Below the pieces are notes generated by a model. That model searched no databases, was not told where the DNA came from, and saw only the letters and a list, made by a program, of their open reading frames with translations. This document shows, piece after piece, positions 9,114-20,508 of a DNA stretch of 64,000 bases. Made by a program: the position numbers and the translations under genes. The stretch lies in assembly GCA_963776355.1 (NCBI GenBank), contig CAVZLU010000001.1:5685-69684 (forward strand), read 5' to 3'. How positions within the stretch are numbered: position 1 is the stretch's first letter; every line of letters begins with the position of its first letter. The stretch comes from an uncultured Chloroflexia bacterium. Lineage in GTDB: Bacteria; Chloroflexota; Limnocylindria; Limnocylindrales; CSP1-4.

Positions 9114-11184
9114 CCATCTACGCCGCAAAGCCATTATCTACATCCGCCAATCTACACCCAGCCAGGTACTGTACAACAGGGAAAGCCAGCGACGGCAGTA
9201 CGGGCTCGCCGACTATGCGCGGTCGTTGGGCTTCGAGGAGGTGGAGACCATAGACGACGATCTGGGCCGTTCCGGTTGTGGGTTGGTGGAACGCCCAGGC
9301 TTTGAACATCTGGTGGCCGAAATCTGCGCCGGGCAAGTGGGAGCCGTGTTCTGTATCGAGGCTTCGCGCTTGGCCCGAAACGGTCGAGATTGGCATCACC
9401 TAATTGAACTGTGCGGTTTGGTCAACGCCTTGGTGATCGACCCGGAGGGGATGTACGATCCCCGTCTCATCAACGATCGCCTGCTCTTGGGGCTTCGGGG
9501 CACAATGAACGAGTACGAGGTGAACCTGCTCCGGCAGCGCTCCCTGGAAGCCATTCGTCAGAAAGCGCAACGCGGCGAGCTGCAATTTCGTCTGCCCATT
9601 GGTTATTGTTGGACCCTGGCTGGCAAGATCGAGATTGATCCGGATCAACGCGTGCAACAGGTCATCCGCCTGATCTTTGAAAAACTCGGCGAACTGGGCA
9701 GCGTGCGTCAGGTGTTTCTGGCTTTCCGTCGCGAAGGGATTCTCCTGCCAACGCTAAATCTGAACGATGATCCGTTGGGCCCGAAAGTCAGTTGGAAGCC
9801 TGGCCGGTACGGCACCATTCTGAAGATCGTAAGCAATCCCGTGTACGCGGGTGCCTACGCGTTTGGTAAGACAGAGGTGCGCACGAGCGTTGTCGATGGC
9901 CGAGCGCGGAAAACCGAGGGCCATCAGAAGCCGAGAGAAAGTTGGGCAGTCTTGATCAAGGGCCACCATGCCGGTTACATCTCTTGGGAGCAGTTCGAAC
10001 GGAATCAGGTACTATTGAGCGAGAATGCTTACATGCAGTCGCGTATGGGTCGTAGGTCAGGCCGGGGCGGTAAGAGCCTGCTAGCTGGGCTGCTGCGTTG
10101 CGGCCGCTGCGGTCGAATGTTGAATGTCTCGTACAAAGGCCGAGGCGGCAACCGGCCATGTTTCGATTGCCGGGCCATGGTCAACCACGGACTGAAGAGT
10201 TGTATCAGATTCAGTGGCTGGAGGCCCGACCGAGCGGTGTCCTGCGAGATTCTGCGCGTGATCGAAGGTAGCGCCGTGGAAGCGGCTCTGGAAGCGGCCG
10301 GGCGGATGACGCAACAAGACGCGGAATGGCGCCGTGCGTTAGACCTGGAGTTAGAACAGGCCCGTTATGAAGCCCGTTTAGCGGCGCGTCGGTACGAGGC
10401 CGTGGATTGCGACAACCGCTTGGTAGCCAGTGAACTGGAAGGGAGATGGAATGCCGCGCTGGAAAAAGTGCGGGAACTAGAGAACCGAATGCAAGAGGCG
10501 GAATCCACTGCGCAGGCCAAACCTGTTCCGAGTAAGGAAGCTTTGCTGGCGTTAGCCGAAGATCTGCCTGGGATCTGGAACGCGCCGGAGACCGACATGC
10601 GACTGAAGCAGCGGATTGCCCGAATTCTGATCCAAGAGATTGTGGCAGATCTGGACGAAAAGGCCAATGAGATCGTCCTGATCATCCACTGGCAGGGTGG
10701 ACGCCACTCGGAGTTGCGCGTGGCTCGAAACAAGACTGGTCACCACGGCAGGTGCACTAACGTCGAGGTATTTGATCTGATCACTCAAATGGCGGGCCAA
10801 TATCGCGACGAACAGATCGCCGGGACGCTGAACCGGCTTGGACTACGGACAGGCGCGGGGAATAGCTGGGACGCGGCGCGGGTTCATGCTCTACGTGCAA
10901 AGCTGGACCTTCCAGCATTCGATCCAGCGCGGCCAGGGCCGGTCATGCTGAGCCTGGACCAGGCTGCAACTCAGCTCGGCACCTGCCGCACATCGGTCAG
11001 GCGATTGATCCGGGATAAGACTCTGCCAGCCACGCAAGTCATCCCCTACGCACCTTGGCAGATCTCGGAAGAGGCCGTCAAATCGCAGACCGTTATCGAT
11101 GCCGTAAAGAAAATGCAGATGCGCAGTCATGCCCCGCGGCCACGAGATGTGGATGACAAGCAGTTAATGTTTTCAATGTCTTAA
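9088..11184 (+). CDS. Large serine recombinase (resolvase, recombinase, Zn-ribbon, coiled coil, C-terminal HTH)
   Basis: GGAGGA RBS, YIRQS catalytic Ser, DDDLGRSG, ERPGF, EASRLARN, NPVYAG, GLLRCGRCGR, C-terminal excisionase-like HTH (LSLDQAATQLGTCRTSVRRLI). Confidence 0.95.
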   Translation: MTNPKLTPDHLRRKAIIYIRQSTPSQVLYNRESQRRQYGLADYARSLGFEEVETIDDDLGRSGCGLVERPGFEHLVAEICAGQVGAVFCIEASRLARNGRDWHHLIELCGLVNALVIDPEGMYDPRLINDRLLLGLRGTMNEYEVNLLRQRSLEAIRQKAQRGELQFRLPIGYCWTLAGKIEIDPDQRVQQVIRLIFEKLGELGSVRQVFLAFRREGILLPTLNLNDDPLGPKVSWKPGRYGTILKIVSNPVYAGAYAFGKTEVRTSVVDGRARKTEGHQKPRESWAVLIKGHHAGYISWEQFERNQVLLSENAYMQSRMGRRSGRGGKSLLAGLLRCGRCGRMLNVSYKGRGGNRPCFDCRAMVNHGLKSCIRFSGWRPDRAVSCEILRVIEGSAVEAALEAAGRMTQQDAEWRRALDLELEQARYEARLAARRYEAVDCDNRLVASELEGRWNAALEKVRELENRMQEAESTAQAKPVPSKEALLALAEDLPGIWNAPETDMRLKQRIARILIQEIVADLDEKANEIVLIIHWQGGRHSELRVARNKTGHHGRCTNVEVFDLITQMAGQYRDEQIAGTLNRLGLRTGAGNSWDAARVHALRAKLDLPAFDPARPGPVMLSLDQAATQLGTCRTSVRRLIRDKTLPATQVIPYAPWQISEEAVKSQTVIDAVKKMQMRSHAPRPRDVDDKQLMFSMS

Positions 11185-11185
11185 C

Positions 11186-11201
11186 GAGGAGTAGCAGAAT
11201 G
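11186..11201 (+). promoter_or_regulatory. Orphan RBS plus start codon at the element's right end
   Basis: GAGGAG (11186-11191), 7-nt spacer, ATG (11199-11201), immediately after the recombinase stop codon. Confidence 0.7.
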
Positions 11202-11206
11202 TCACG

Positions 11207-11538
11207 GTGCCGCCGGGACCCAGGAAAAGTGCATCTTCCCGCTTGCCGATGAAAGCACAGGTGGCCAGGTCAAACACCAGGCTGCGATTCATCTTCGGGT
11301 TAAAAGTGAAGTCGAAGTTGTCCAAAGTCTTGTGCGGGTCGCGGAAGGCGGCCTGTTTGCGCCGGCGATCCAAGAGTCTCTCGCTGCGGCGGGTAAGCTC
11401 GTCACTCACCAGACACGAGATCAGATCGATCGGCGCCATGGCTTCGGCCTGCGCTTGGCGCAGTCTGGTTTCCAGCACGGCGGCTGTGCCGCCGAGCCGG
11501 AGTTGTCGTAAAGCCCGTTGTAATTCAATGAGGTTCAT
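11207..11538 (-). pseudogene. istB: IS21 helper ATPase IstB, 5' part
   Basis: MNLIELQRALRQLRLGG...AAFRDPHKTLDNFDFTFNPKMNRSLVFDLATCAFI...LFLGPGGT. Confidence 0.92.
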
Positions 11539-11955
11539 GGTTCGCTCTCCTGGGTTTTGCTTTGAATGAAATCGCGGTATTCGGTGAGGTCGCGGATCAG
11601 GGGATCGACTTGCCGCAGGCTCAGAGGCAATTGCGGACCCCGTTCCAGATAGCGGCGCACAAAACGGTAGTAGTTGGAAGCGCCGGTCTCCAGGGCCACG
11701 GCGCAGGCATCTTCCACCATCGCCGGGCCATGCTTCTTGGCCAGCCCCAGCACGCCCTGAATGCGGCGTACGGCGACTTGCCCCTCCTCCTCGTACATCC
11801 TGCGGCACACGACTCCCATCTGCTGACCGGCACGGTCGGCGCGCAGCAGTAGGTGTTGTATCCCCGGCGGTGTGTGTTTGGGGCGGTCCTCGTCCTTGAT
11901 CCGATGTTTGCCACGCACCTGAGGCAGGTGTTCCCGCAACAGTTCGCCGGTCTGC
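11535..11955 (-). pseudogene. istA: IS21 transposase IstA, C-terminal fragment only
   Basis: TGELLREHL...AVRRIQGVLGLAKKHG...ACAVALE...YRFVRRYLER...QVDPLIRDLTEY; stop overlaps the istB ATG. Confidence 0.8.
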
Positions 11956-12055
11956 GTCGCCGACATCGCCACGTCGTTCCAGATCAAGCTCTGACCCGGC
12001 GCCTCAGGGCCTGTGGCCGAGTCGCGGTCGTGGTCAGGAGCCTCAGGGAGGCGAG

Positions 12056-12478
12056 ATGGGCGAGGTAGACGAATTCCTGGGCGCGGTGCTGCCGACCTTG
12101 CACGAGATGGAGATCGCGTTCCACAACGGCGACGTCGGTCCGCGCCTTGCAACCTGGTCGCATAACGATCCGGTAACCGTGTTCGGCGCCCTGCTGACGA
12201 AACGTGGCTGGAGTGAGCTCGCGCCGGCGTTCGAATTCCTGGCGTCCAGGTTCTCCAACGGCACGGCATACGAGTACGAGGTCATCGGGGCGGGGGCGAG
12301 AGGAGACCTCGCCTACATCGTCGGATACGAGCACACGATGGCTTCCGTGGGCGGAGCGGAGCCCGCGGCCTATGACCTGCGCGTCACGACCGTCTTCCGA
12401 CGCGAGGACGGCCAGTGGAAGATCGTCCATCGGCACGCCGATCCGCTGCCGGAGAGGACACCGCGCGCCGTCAGCTGA
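12056..12478 (+). CDS. NTF2/SnoaL-like (DUF4440) protein
   Basis: GGAGG RBS; GDLAYIVGYEH, LRVTTVFRREDGQWKIVHRHAD. Confidence 0.85.
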   Translation: MGEVDEFLGAVLPTLHEMEIAFHNGDVGPRLATWSHNDPVTVFGALLTKRGWSELAPAFEFLASRFSNGTAYEYEVIGAGARGDLAYIVGYEHTMASVGGAEPAAYDLRVTTVFRREDGQWKIVHRHADPLPERTPRAVS

Positions 12479-12484
12479 CGCGGT

Positions 12485-12507
12485 TCTGACGAGCGGCTCT
12501 CGTCAGA
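12485..12507. terminator. Hairpin between convergent genes
   Basis: TCTGACGAG-cggct-CTCGTCAGA perfect 9-bp stem. Confidence 0.5.
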
Positions 12508-12556
12508 TCGAACAGACCTCGCGGATCCGAAGCGGGAAGATTCGGCTCACAGGCCC

Positions 12557-13042
12557 TCAGTCGAGGTCGAGCGAGAGGTAGTTGCCGGGATCCCGGAAGC
12601 CCATGCGCTCATAGAGCGAGCGTCCGTCGTCCGACGTGCGCAGGTAGACGCGGCGCAGGCGCAGGGCGCGGGCATCGGCCACCAGCGCATCCATGACCGC
12701 CCTCCCGACACCGCGGCCGCGCCAGCGAGGGAGCGTGTAGACGTTGACGATGAACCCCTCGCCGGTCCGCCGCGATCGCGGATGCGGCGGACGGTCGACG
12801 ACGACGAGCCCGCCCATCCCCACGATCCGGCCGCCGTCCTCGACGACCCACGACCGATAGACGTCGCCGTCGACGTGCGTCGCCAGGTAGTCGGCAACCT
12901 GGGAGCGGTGCGGCCCCACGCGGTCGGGGGGGAGGTCGCCGCCGAGCAGCTCGCGGTCGAAGGCGAGGCGCAGGTCGAGGATCACGGGGAGGTCGGCCCG
13001 GCTGGCGCGCCGGACGTGGTAGGAGTGGCGGGTCTCGCTCAC
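12557..13042 (-). CDS. GNAT-family N-acetyltransferase
   Basis: FIVNVYTLPRWRGRGVGRAVM, GRSLYERMGF; GTG start inferred. Confidence 0.85.
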   Translation of the reverse strand: MSETRHSYHVRRASRADLPVILDLRLAFDRELLGGDLPPDRVGPHRSQVADYLATHVDGDVYRSWVVEDGGRIVGMGGLVVVDRPPHPRSRRTGEGFIVNVYTLPRWRGRGVGRAVMDALVADARALRLRRVYLRTSDDGRSLYERMGFRDPGNYLSLDLD

Positions 13043-13090
13043 GTGGGGATCGTGCCACGCCGCGCCGCCAGCCGCCGCTAGACTCCGCCG

Positions 13091-14383
13091 GTGACTCCCG
13101 AGCAGCCCGCGCCGGGCGATGGCATGCCCGCATCCCCGCCCGGGCCGGCGCAGGACTGGCACTCACTGCTGCTCGTCTACGGGATCGTCTCCACGATCGA
13201 GGCGCTCGGCATTGCCCAGGTGTTTGCCTTCCTGCCCCTCCGCCTGCGGGAGGTGGGCCTGCCCGTGGCCCAGATCCCCGCGTTCACGGGCCTCTTCACC
13301 AGCCTGATCTTCGTCTTCGGGATCATCCTGGTCCCCTTCTGGGGCGTCTGGGCCGACAAGTACAGCCGCCGCGCCGTGATCGTCCGCAGCGCGGTCGTGG
13401 AGGCGGTGGTGTTCGCCGGCGTCGCCCTCGCCGAGGAGCCCTGGCAGCTCGCCGTCAGCCTGCTCCTCGTGGGCCTGCAGCTCGGCAACACCGGGGTGAT
13501 GCTGGCCGCCCTGCGGGATGTCACGCCGCTGCACCGGGTGGGAACGGTCACCGCCCTCTTCGGAGCGACGGGGCCGCTCGGGTTCGCCATCGGGCCGGTG
13601 CTGGGCGCGATCATCATCGACGGCCTCGGCCTGCCCCTGGTGGACGTCTTCTGGCTCGGGGCGATCCTCTCCCTGGGGTCGATCCTGCTGCTGCTTGCCG
13701 GCTCCCGGGAGATCCGCCCCCCGGTCATCCCCGAGGGGAGCGCGGTCAGCCTGGCCCGGCGCGCAATTCGCGGGGTGATGGCCGACCCGGCGGTGCGCCG
13801 AATCTTCGCGATCTTCGGAGTCTCCGTCCTGGCCAACCAGATGAGCCGCCCCTACCTGCCCCTCCTCGTCGAGGACGTGAACGGGGGGGCCGCCAACCTG
13901 GCCTCCGCGATCGGGCTCGTCACCGGCACGGCGGCGCTCGTCGGGGCCCTGATCTCGCCCCTCGCCGGGCCGCTCGGCGACCGGGTCGGGTTCCGCCGCG
14001 TCCTGGCCGGGGCGCTCCTGGGGGCCGGGGTGACGCTGCTCCTGATGCCGCTCGCGCCGGCGGTCGCGGTCCTCGCCGGCGTGGCGATGGTCTATGCGGC
14101 ACTCCAGGCCTCGACCCAGGCGATGGTCTTCGGGCTGGTCGCGGTCGAGGTGGCCCCAGAGCGGCGCTCGGCGACGCTGAACCTCGTCCTGCTGCCGCTC
14201 TACGTCGCCGGCATCATCGGACCCACGATCGGAGCCGTGGCCGCGAGCGTCGCCGGCATCGCGGCCCCGTTCATCGTCGCAGGGGTCGTCTTCCTGGCCG
14301 GCGGGGCCGTCGTCGCCGCCTCGCTGTGGCGCGCGCGCCGCGCGGTGTCGAGGCCTCCCGACCGGGAGGCGTCGGAGAGCTGA
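13091..14383 (+). CDS. MFS transporter
   Basis: About 12 hydrophobic segments; WGVWADKYSRR and GPLGDRVGFRR motif-A repeats. Confidence 0.88.
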   Translation: MTPEQPAPGDGMPASPPGPAQDWHSLLLVYGIVSTIEALGIAQVFAFLPLRLREVGLPVAQIPAFTGLFTSLIFVFGIILVPFWGVWADKYSRRAVIVRSAVVEAVVFAGVALAEEPWQLAVSLLLVGLQLGNTGVMLAALRDVTPLHRVGTVTALFGATGPLGFAIGPVLGAIIIDGLGLPLVDVFWLGAILSLGSILLLLAGSREIRPPVIPEGSAVSLARRAIRGVMADPAVRRIFAIFGVSVLANQMSRPYLPLLVEDVNGGAANLASAIGLVTGTAALVGALISPLAGPLGDRVGFRRVLAGALLGAGVTLLLMPLAPAVAVLAGVAMVYAALQASTQAMVFGLVAVEVAPERRSATLNLVLLPLYVAGIIGPTIGAVAASVAGIAAPFIVAGVVFLAGGAVVAASLWRARRAVSRPPDREASES

Positions 14384-14428
14384 AGAAGGTCTGCCGAGCT
14401 CGGCCTCGTGGCGGGCCGGTGCCGCCCG

Positions 14429-15604
14429 CTAACGCGGCGGCAGGTCTCGCTCCTCGACACCGGTGTATCGCGCATCCGGCCGGATCAGCCGGTTCGCCGA
14501 CGCCTGCTCGATCACGTGCGCCGTCCAGCCTGCGTGGCGGGCGAGCGCGAAGGTGGCGGGGAAGAGATCCGGCGTCAGGCCGACTCCCTGGAGGACGGCC
14601 GCGGCGTAGAACTCGACGTTCGTCTTGAGCGGCCGGTCCGGGTACTTCTCCTCGAGGACCTTGAGGGCGACGTCCTCGACCTTGATCGCGAGCTCCAGCC
14701 AGTCGGGCTTGGTCGGCATCGCCTCGACCACCTTGCGCAGCGCCGCCGCGCGCGGGTCGTAGGCCCGGTAGACGCGATGGCCGAAGCCCATCAGGCGCTC
14801 GCCGCGGGCGAGGGCGTCGCGGACCCACTGCTCGGCATGCTCGGGCGAACCGACCTTGTGGATCTGCTCCACCACCTCGGAGGGGGCACCCCCGTGCAAC
14901 GGTCCCTTCATCGCCCCGATCGCCCCGGTGACCGCCGAGGCCATGTCGGAGCGGGTCGACGTGATCACGCGCGCCGTGAACGTCGAGGCGTTCAGGCCGT
15001 GCTCGGCGCCGACGATGAAATACGCATCGAGCGCGCGCGCCGTCGACCGGTCCGGCCGCTCCCCGGTGAGCTGGTAGAGGAAGCCCGACACGAGGTCGAG
15101 CTTGGGGTCCGGATCGATCGGCTCGAGGTCCTGGCGGAGGCGGGTGAACGCGGCCAGCGCCGACGGCGAGAACTCCGTGAGCGCCCGCGCCTGGACCTCG
15201 TTCGGCGGCCAGTCGAGAAGCTGGGTGGCGCCCCACACCGAGACCGCGGTCCGCAGGGCGTCCATCGGCTTGGCCGTGCGGGGCAGGCCTCGCAGCGCGG
15301 ACATCACGGCCGACGGCACCCGGGCGGCGGTCATCCGGGCCTTCGGGTCCCACGTGCCGGTCCACAGGAGATTGGCGACCGCGGCGTACGTCCCGTGGGC
15401 GACCAGGTCCCCGATCCGGTAGCCGCGGTACATCAGGCGGCCATTGGCTCCGTCCACGAGGCCGAGCGCGGTCTCGGCGGCGAGGACGCCCTCGAGCCCC
15501 GGCGAATACGGTCGGCCATCGACGGTGTGCGCGGCGACCGGGGTCGTGGGATCGGCCACCGGGACGGCCGGCACGATGGTCGGCTTGACAGGCTTCTCGG
15601 TCAT
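14429..15604 (-). CDS. Citrate synthase / 2-methylcitrate synthase
   Basis: YSPGLEGV, GRLMYRGY, AEHGLNAST, GPLHGGA, LMGFGHRVYRAYDPRA, NVEFY. Confidence 0.92.
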   Translation of the reverse strand: MTEKPVKPTIVPAVPVADPTTPVAAHTVDGRPYSPGLEGVLAAETALGLVDGANGRLMYRGYRIGDLVAHGTYAAVANLLWTGTWDPKARMTAARVPSAVMSALRGLPRTAKPMDALRTAVSVWGATQLLDWPPNEVQARALTEFSPSALAAFTRLRQDLEPIDPDPKLDLVSGFLYQLTGERPDRSTARALDAYFIVGAEHGLNASTFTARVITSTRSDMASAVTGAIGAMKGPLHGGAPSEVVEQIHKVGSPEHAEQWVRDALARGERLMGFGHRVYRAYDPRAAALRKVVEAMPTKPDWLELAIKVEDVALKVLEEKYPDRPLKTNVEFYAAAVLQGVGLTPDLFPATFALARHAGWTAHVIEQASANRLIRPDARYTGVEERDLPPR

Positions 15605-15749
15605 CGGGCGAATCCTCGGGAGGCGGCGGGGGAATGGCCGGTGAGGGGCCGCAACCGGAGCCCATGGTACTCCGCGGCGCAGGCCGGAAGGGGCGGCGCG
15701 GACGACTCGGGGGCGCCGCGCCAGGCGATGCGGGGAGGCGTCGGCGAGC

Positions 15750-16568
15750 CTAGGCGGCCCGCCGCGGATCGTCGATCGCGAGCCCGCTCGCTGCCGTGGC
15801 GTCGAGGACCCAGGTCGCCCCGCCACGGCGCGCCCGCAGGGCCGGAAGGCGTCGCTCGTTGGCGGCCGCGTCCGCCGGGCCGAGCAGCTCGGCCGTGATC
15901 CGGGCCTTCCCCGGGCCGAACGCCGCCACCACGAGGGAGCCTGCGCCGTCGAGCACACGGGGGGTGAGGGTGACCCGGTCGAGGTGCGGGGTGAGGTGCG
16001 CGGGCGCCGGGGCCCACGTCGTCCAGCCGGGGGCGTCGAAGGCGGCGCTGCCCGGGAAGACGGAGAGCACGTGGCCGTCGGACCCGATCCCGACGAGGAT
16101 CGCATCGAACGCCGGGCGATCGGCGACATCCGTCGGCAGCTCGGCCCGAAGGAGCGCCTCGAACCTCGCGGCGCAGGTCGCCGGGCTCTCGCCCGCGGCG
16201 AGGGCGGCGTCGATCGGCCACGGATGGACGTGGTCGGGATCCAGCGGCGCCGGGGCCAGCCCGCGCCGCGCGTCGCCGGGGAGGAGCACGCGGTCGATCG
16301 CGCCGAGGTTGCAGTCCGGATCGCCGCGGGGCACGAAGCGGTCGTCGCCGACCCAGAGGTGGAGGACGTCCCAGGGGACGCGCGAGCGCAGCGGCTCGGC
16401 GAGCAGGGCGCGGTAGACGGCGGCCGGCGTCGACCCGCCGGTGGATGCGAAATCTGCCCTGCCCCGCCTTCGGGCCCCGAGGGCGAGCGCCGCCGCGAGC
16501 ACGTCGGCCACGGCCGCGGCGGCAGCCCTCGCGTCCGGCCGGACGAGGATCGCCGGTTCGCCCGACAC
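15750..16568 (-). CDS. pgl: 6-phosphogluconolactonase
   Basis: TGGSTP, GDDRFVP, GIGSDGHVLSVFPG, RVTLT; last gene of the zwf-opcA operon. Confidence 0.88.
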   Translation of the reverse strand: MSGEPAILVRPDARAAAAAVADVLAAALALGARRRGRADFASTGGSTPAAVYRALLAEPLRSRVPWDVLHLWVGDDRFVPRGDPDCNLGAIDRVLLPGDARRGLAPAPLDPDHVHPWPIDAALAAGESPATCAARFEALLRAELPTDVADRPAFDAILVGIGSDGHVLSVFPGSAAFDAPGWTTWAPAPAHLTPHLDRVTLTPRVLDGAGSLVVAAFGPGKARITAELLGPADAAANERRLPALRARRGGATWVLDATAASGLAIDDPRRAA

Positions 16569-16612
16569 CCGCTCCGCCAGCAGGCCGCGGCCCGGCGCCG
16601 GCCCGGCCGCGC

Positions 16613-17898
16613 TCACCCGGCGGGTCCCGGTCCGACGAGCCGGGCGGCCATGGCCAGGGTGCCCTCGGCCACGACATCCCGTCCGCCGGCCTCGATCGCC
16701 TCGGCCAGAAGATCCGCGTCGGTGCGCCGCGGGGCGTGGAATGTCCGGTCGAGGGCCTCGACACCGTCCTCCCAGACCCGGGCGTGGACACTCTCCGCCT
16801 CGGCCGTGACCTCGGCCCGGAGCTCGGAGCCGCGCCGCTCGGCCAGCAGCTCCAGGCGCAGGGTCGTGCCACCGGCCATCGTCGAGATGACGGGCCGCAT
16901 GACGATCTCGACGTCGAGGCCCCGCTCCCAGGCCAGCCGCGACCTCAGGCCCCGCCCGGGCTCCGGCGGGCTGCCGGGCACGGGCGGGCGAACCTTCTGC
17001 GACGTCGTCTTCGCGACCCGCTCGAGTGGCTTCACCACTCGCAGGTCGAGGCGCGAAGCGAGCCAGGCGACGTGGTAGATCGGCTTGACCAGGTTCGTGG
17101 CCACCTCCGCGCCGGGGCCGCCGCGGGTCGCATACGTAACCGCTGCCCGACGGATCGAGCGCAGGTAGGGCTGGAACTCCGGGCGGTCGAAGATCGAGGC
17201 CACCGCCTCGCGCCAGCGGGCCTGGCGCATGAGCGCGAAATCCGAGATCGGCAGGGACGGCCGGGCGAGCGCGGCCAGGGCCCGGAGCCGGTCGAGCCCG
17301 TCGCCGGTCCAGTGCGATCCGTCCACCACGAGGCGGTCCGCCGTGCCCACGAGCGCCGCCGACAGCGCGGTCCCGAACGACGGGTCGCCGAGCCACCACA
17401 CGGTCACCGGCAGGTCGTGGACAAGGAGGGGCGCGACGATCGCATCGAGGTGATGGCCGGCCGCCCCGCCCGCGGTGATGTACGCCTGCTCGGCGCACGT
17501 CTCGGGCGCATCGGCCCGGGGGGTCATGCAATAGGCCTTGACGTCCGCCCGCAGCCAGCTCGGACCGTCGGGATCCGTGGGGACGACGATGAGCGTCCGT
17601 GAGGGGTGGCGGCCCGTTCCCATCGCGATCGTCGCGGCGGCTCGTTCGCCGAGCTCCGGGCTGCGGGCCACCACGACCAGGTTCTGGACGCTCGTGCGAG
17701 CCGCGCCCGGGCGCTCCGGCGTCCGTTCTCGAGCCGCCATCGCCTGCGGCTGTGACCAGATCCGGGCGAGCTCGAGCTCGATGTCGGCCACCGACGACGC
17801 GCGCCCTGCCCAGCGCAGGGTCGGCTCGCCGGGCGTCGCCGTGATCCCGAACGGGACGACGACCCGGCCGGGCCTGGCGGGCGTGCCGGCCGAGCCGG

Positions 17899-17914
<16 letters not shown>
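16613..17914 (-). CDS. opcA: Glucose-6-phosphate dehydrogenase assembly protein OpcA
   Basis: RHPSRTLIV, VAPLLVHDLPVTVWWLG, DRLVVDGS, SDFALMRQARWREAVASIFD; directly downstream of zwf. Confidence 0.85.
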
Positions 17915-19548
<1,634 letters not shown>

Positions 19549-19555
19549 GTCGGTC

Positions 19556-20453
19556 CTACTCCGTCTTCACGGCGTGGCCGCCGAACTCGTTGCGGAGCGC
19601 GGCCAGCACCTTGGCCCCATAGCTCTCATCCTGGCGCGAGCGGAAGCGGGCCTGCAGCGACAGGGTGATGACCGGGGCCGGGACGTCCCGGTCGATGGCC
19701 TCCTGGACGGTCCAGCGGCCCTCGCCCGAATCGGCCACCCAGTCCTTGATGCCGCGGAACTCGGGGTTCTTGACGAGGGCATCGTGCAGCAGGTCGAGCA
19801 GCCAGCTCCGGACGACCGAGCCGTAGCGCCAGATGCCCGCAACCTGCCCGAGGTCGAGGTCGTAGTCGCTGGCGTGCATGATCTCGAAGCCCTCGGCATA
19901 GGCCTGCATGAGCCCGTACTCGATGCCGTTGTGCACCATCTTGACGTAGTGCCCGGCGCCGGGCCCACCGACGTGGGCGTAGCCATCGGCGGGGGCAAGG
20001 GTCGCGGAACACCGGCTCGAGCGGCTCGACGGCGTCGCGGTCGCCGCCGACCATCAGGCAGTAGCCGACTTCGAGGCCCCAGACTCCGCCGGACGTGCCG
20101 GCATCCACGTACCTGATTCCCCGCCCGGCGACCAGGGCATGGCGACGGACATCGTCGTGGAAGTTCGCGTTGCCGCCGTCGACGATCGTGTCGCCCGGCG
20201 AGAGCAGTCCCATCAGCTCATCGACCATGGCCTCGGTGGCGTCGCCCGCCGGGAGCATGACCCAGACGGCACGGGGCGCCTGCAGGCCCGCGATGAGCTC
20301 GGCGAGCGAGAAGGCGCCCTCCGCGCCCTCGGCCATGATCTCGCGGGTTCGCTCGGGCGTCCGGTTGAAGGCGACCACCTCGTGGCCGTCGCGGACGAGG
20401 CGGCGAACCATGTTGGCCCCCATCCGGCCGAGGCCGACGAAGCCGATGCGCAT
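19556..20453 (-). CDS. gnd: 6-phosphogluconate dehydrogenase, short decarboxylating type (frameshift ~20,000)
   Basis: MRIGFVGLGRMG, VDGGN, DAGTSGGVWG, then KMVHNGIEYG, DSGEGRWT, LRNEFGGH. Confidence 0.93.
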
Positions 20454-20508
20454 CGGGTCCCTCCCTCTGGAGCGCGCCCGAGCATCGGCGCGGGCGAACG
20501 GTTCGGAG

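Larger units (their letters stand above)
7962..11208 (+). mobile_element. Large-serine-recombinase integrative element (3,247 bp) inserted in the istB Walker A codons
   Basis: Flanked by a GT dinucleotide at 7960-7961 and 11207-11208; removing it rejoins istB to GPGGTGKSH in one 251-aa frame. Confidence 0.85.
5765..11955 (-). mobile_element. IS21-family element with passenger gene; one terminus at ~5765, istA end truncated
   Basis: istA C-terminus overlapping istB (ATGA at 11535-11538), passenger ORF, and a terminal sequence CCTCGGG|GATCACTTCAAAACCGGCCA reconstituted after removing the intron. Confidence 0.7.

Noticed and set aside
7975-11205. GTCAC direct repeat (7975-7979, 11201-11205) as the element boundary or target duplication
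   Set aside because: Excision there leaves a 7-aa insertion in Walker A (GPGGTVTGSGGTGKSH), whereas the GT crossover restores it exactly. The junction ORF is in frame under either model.
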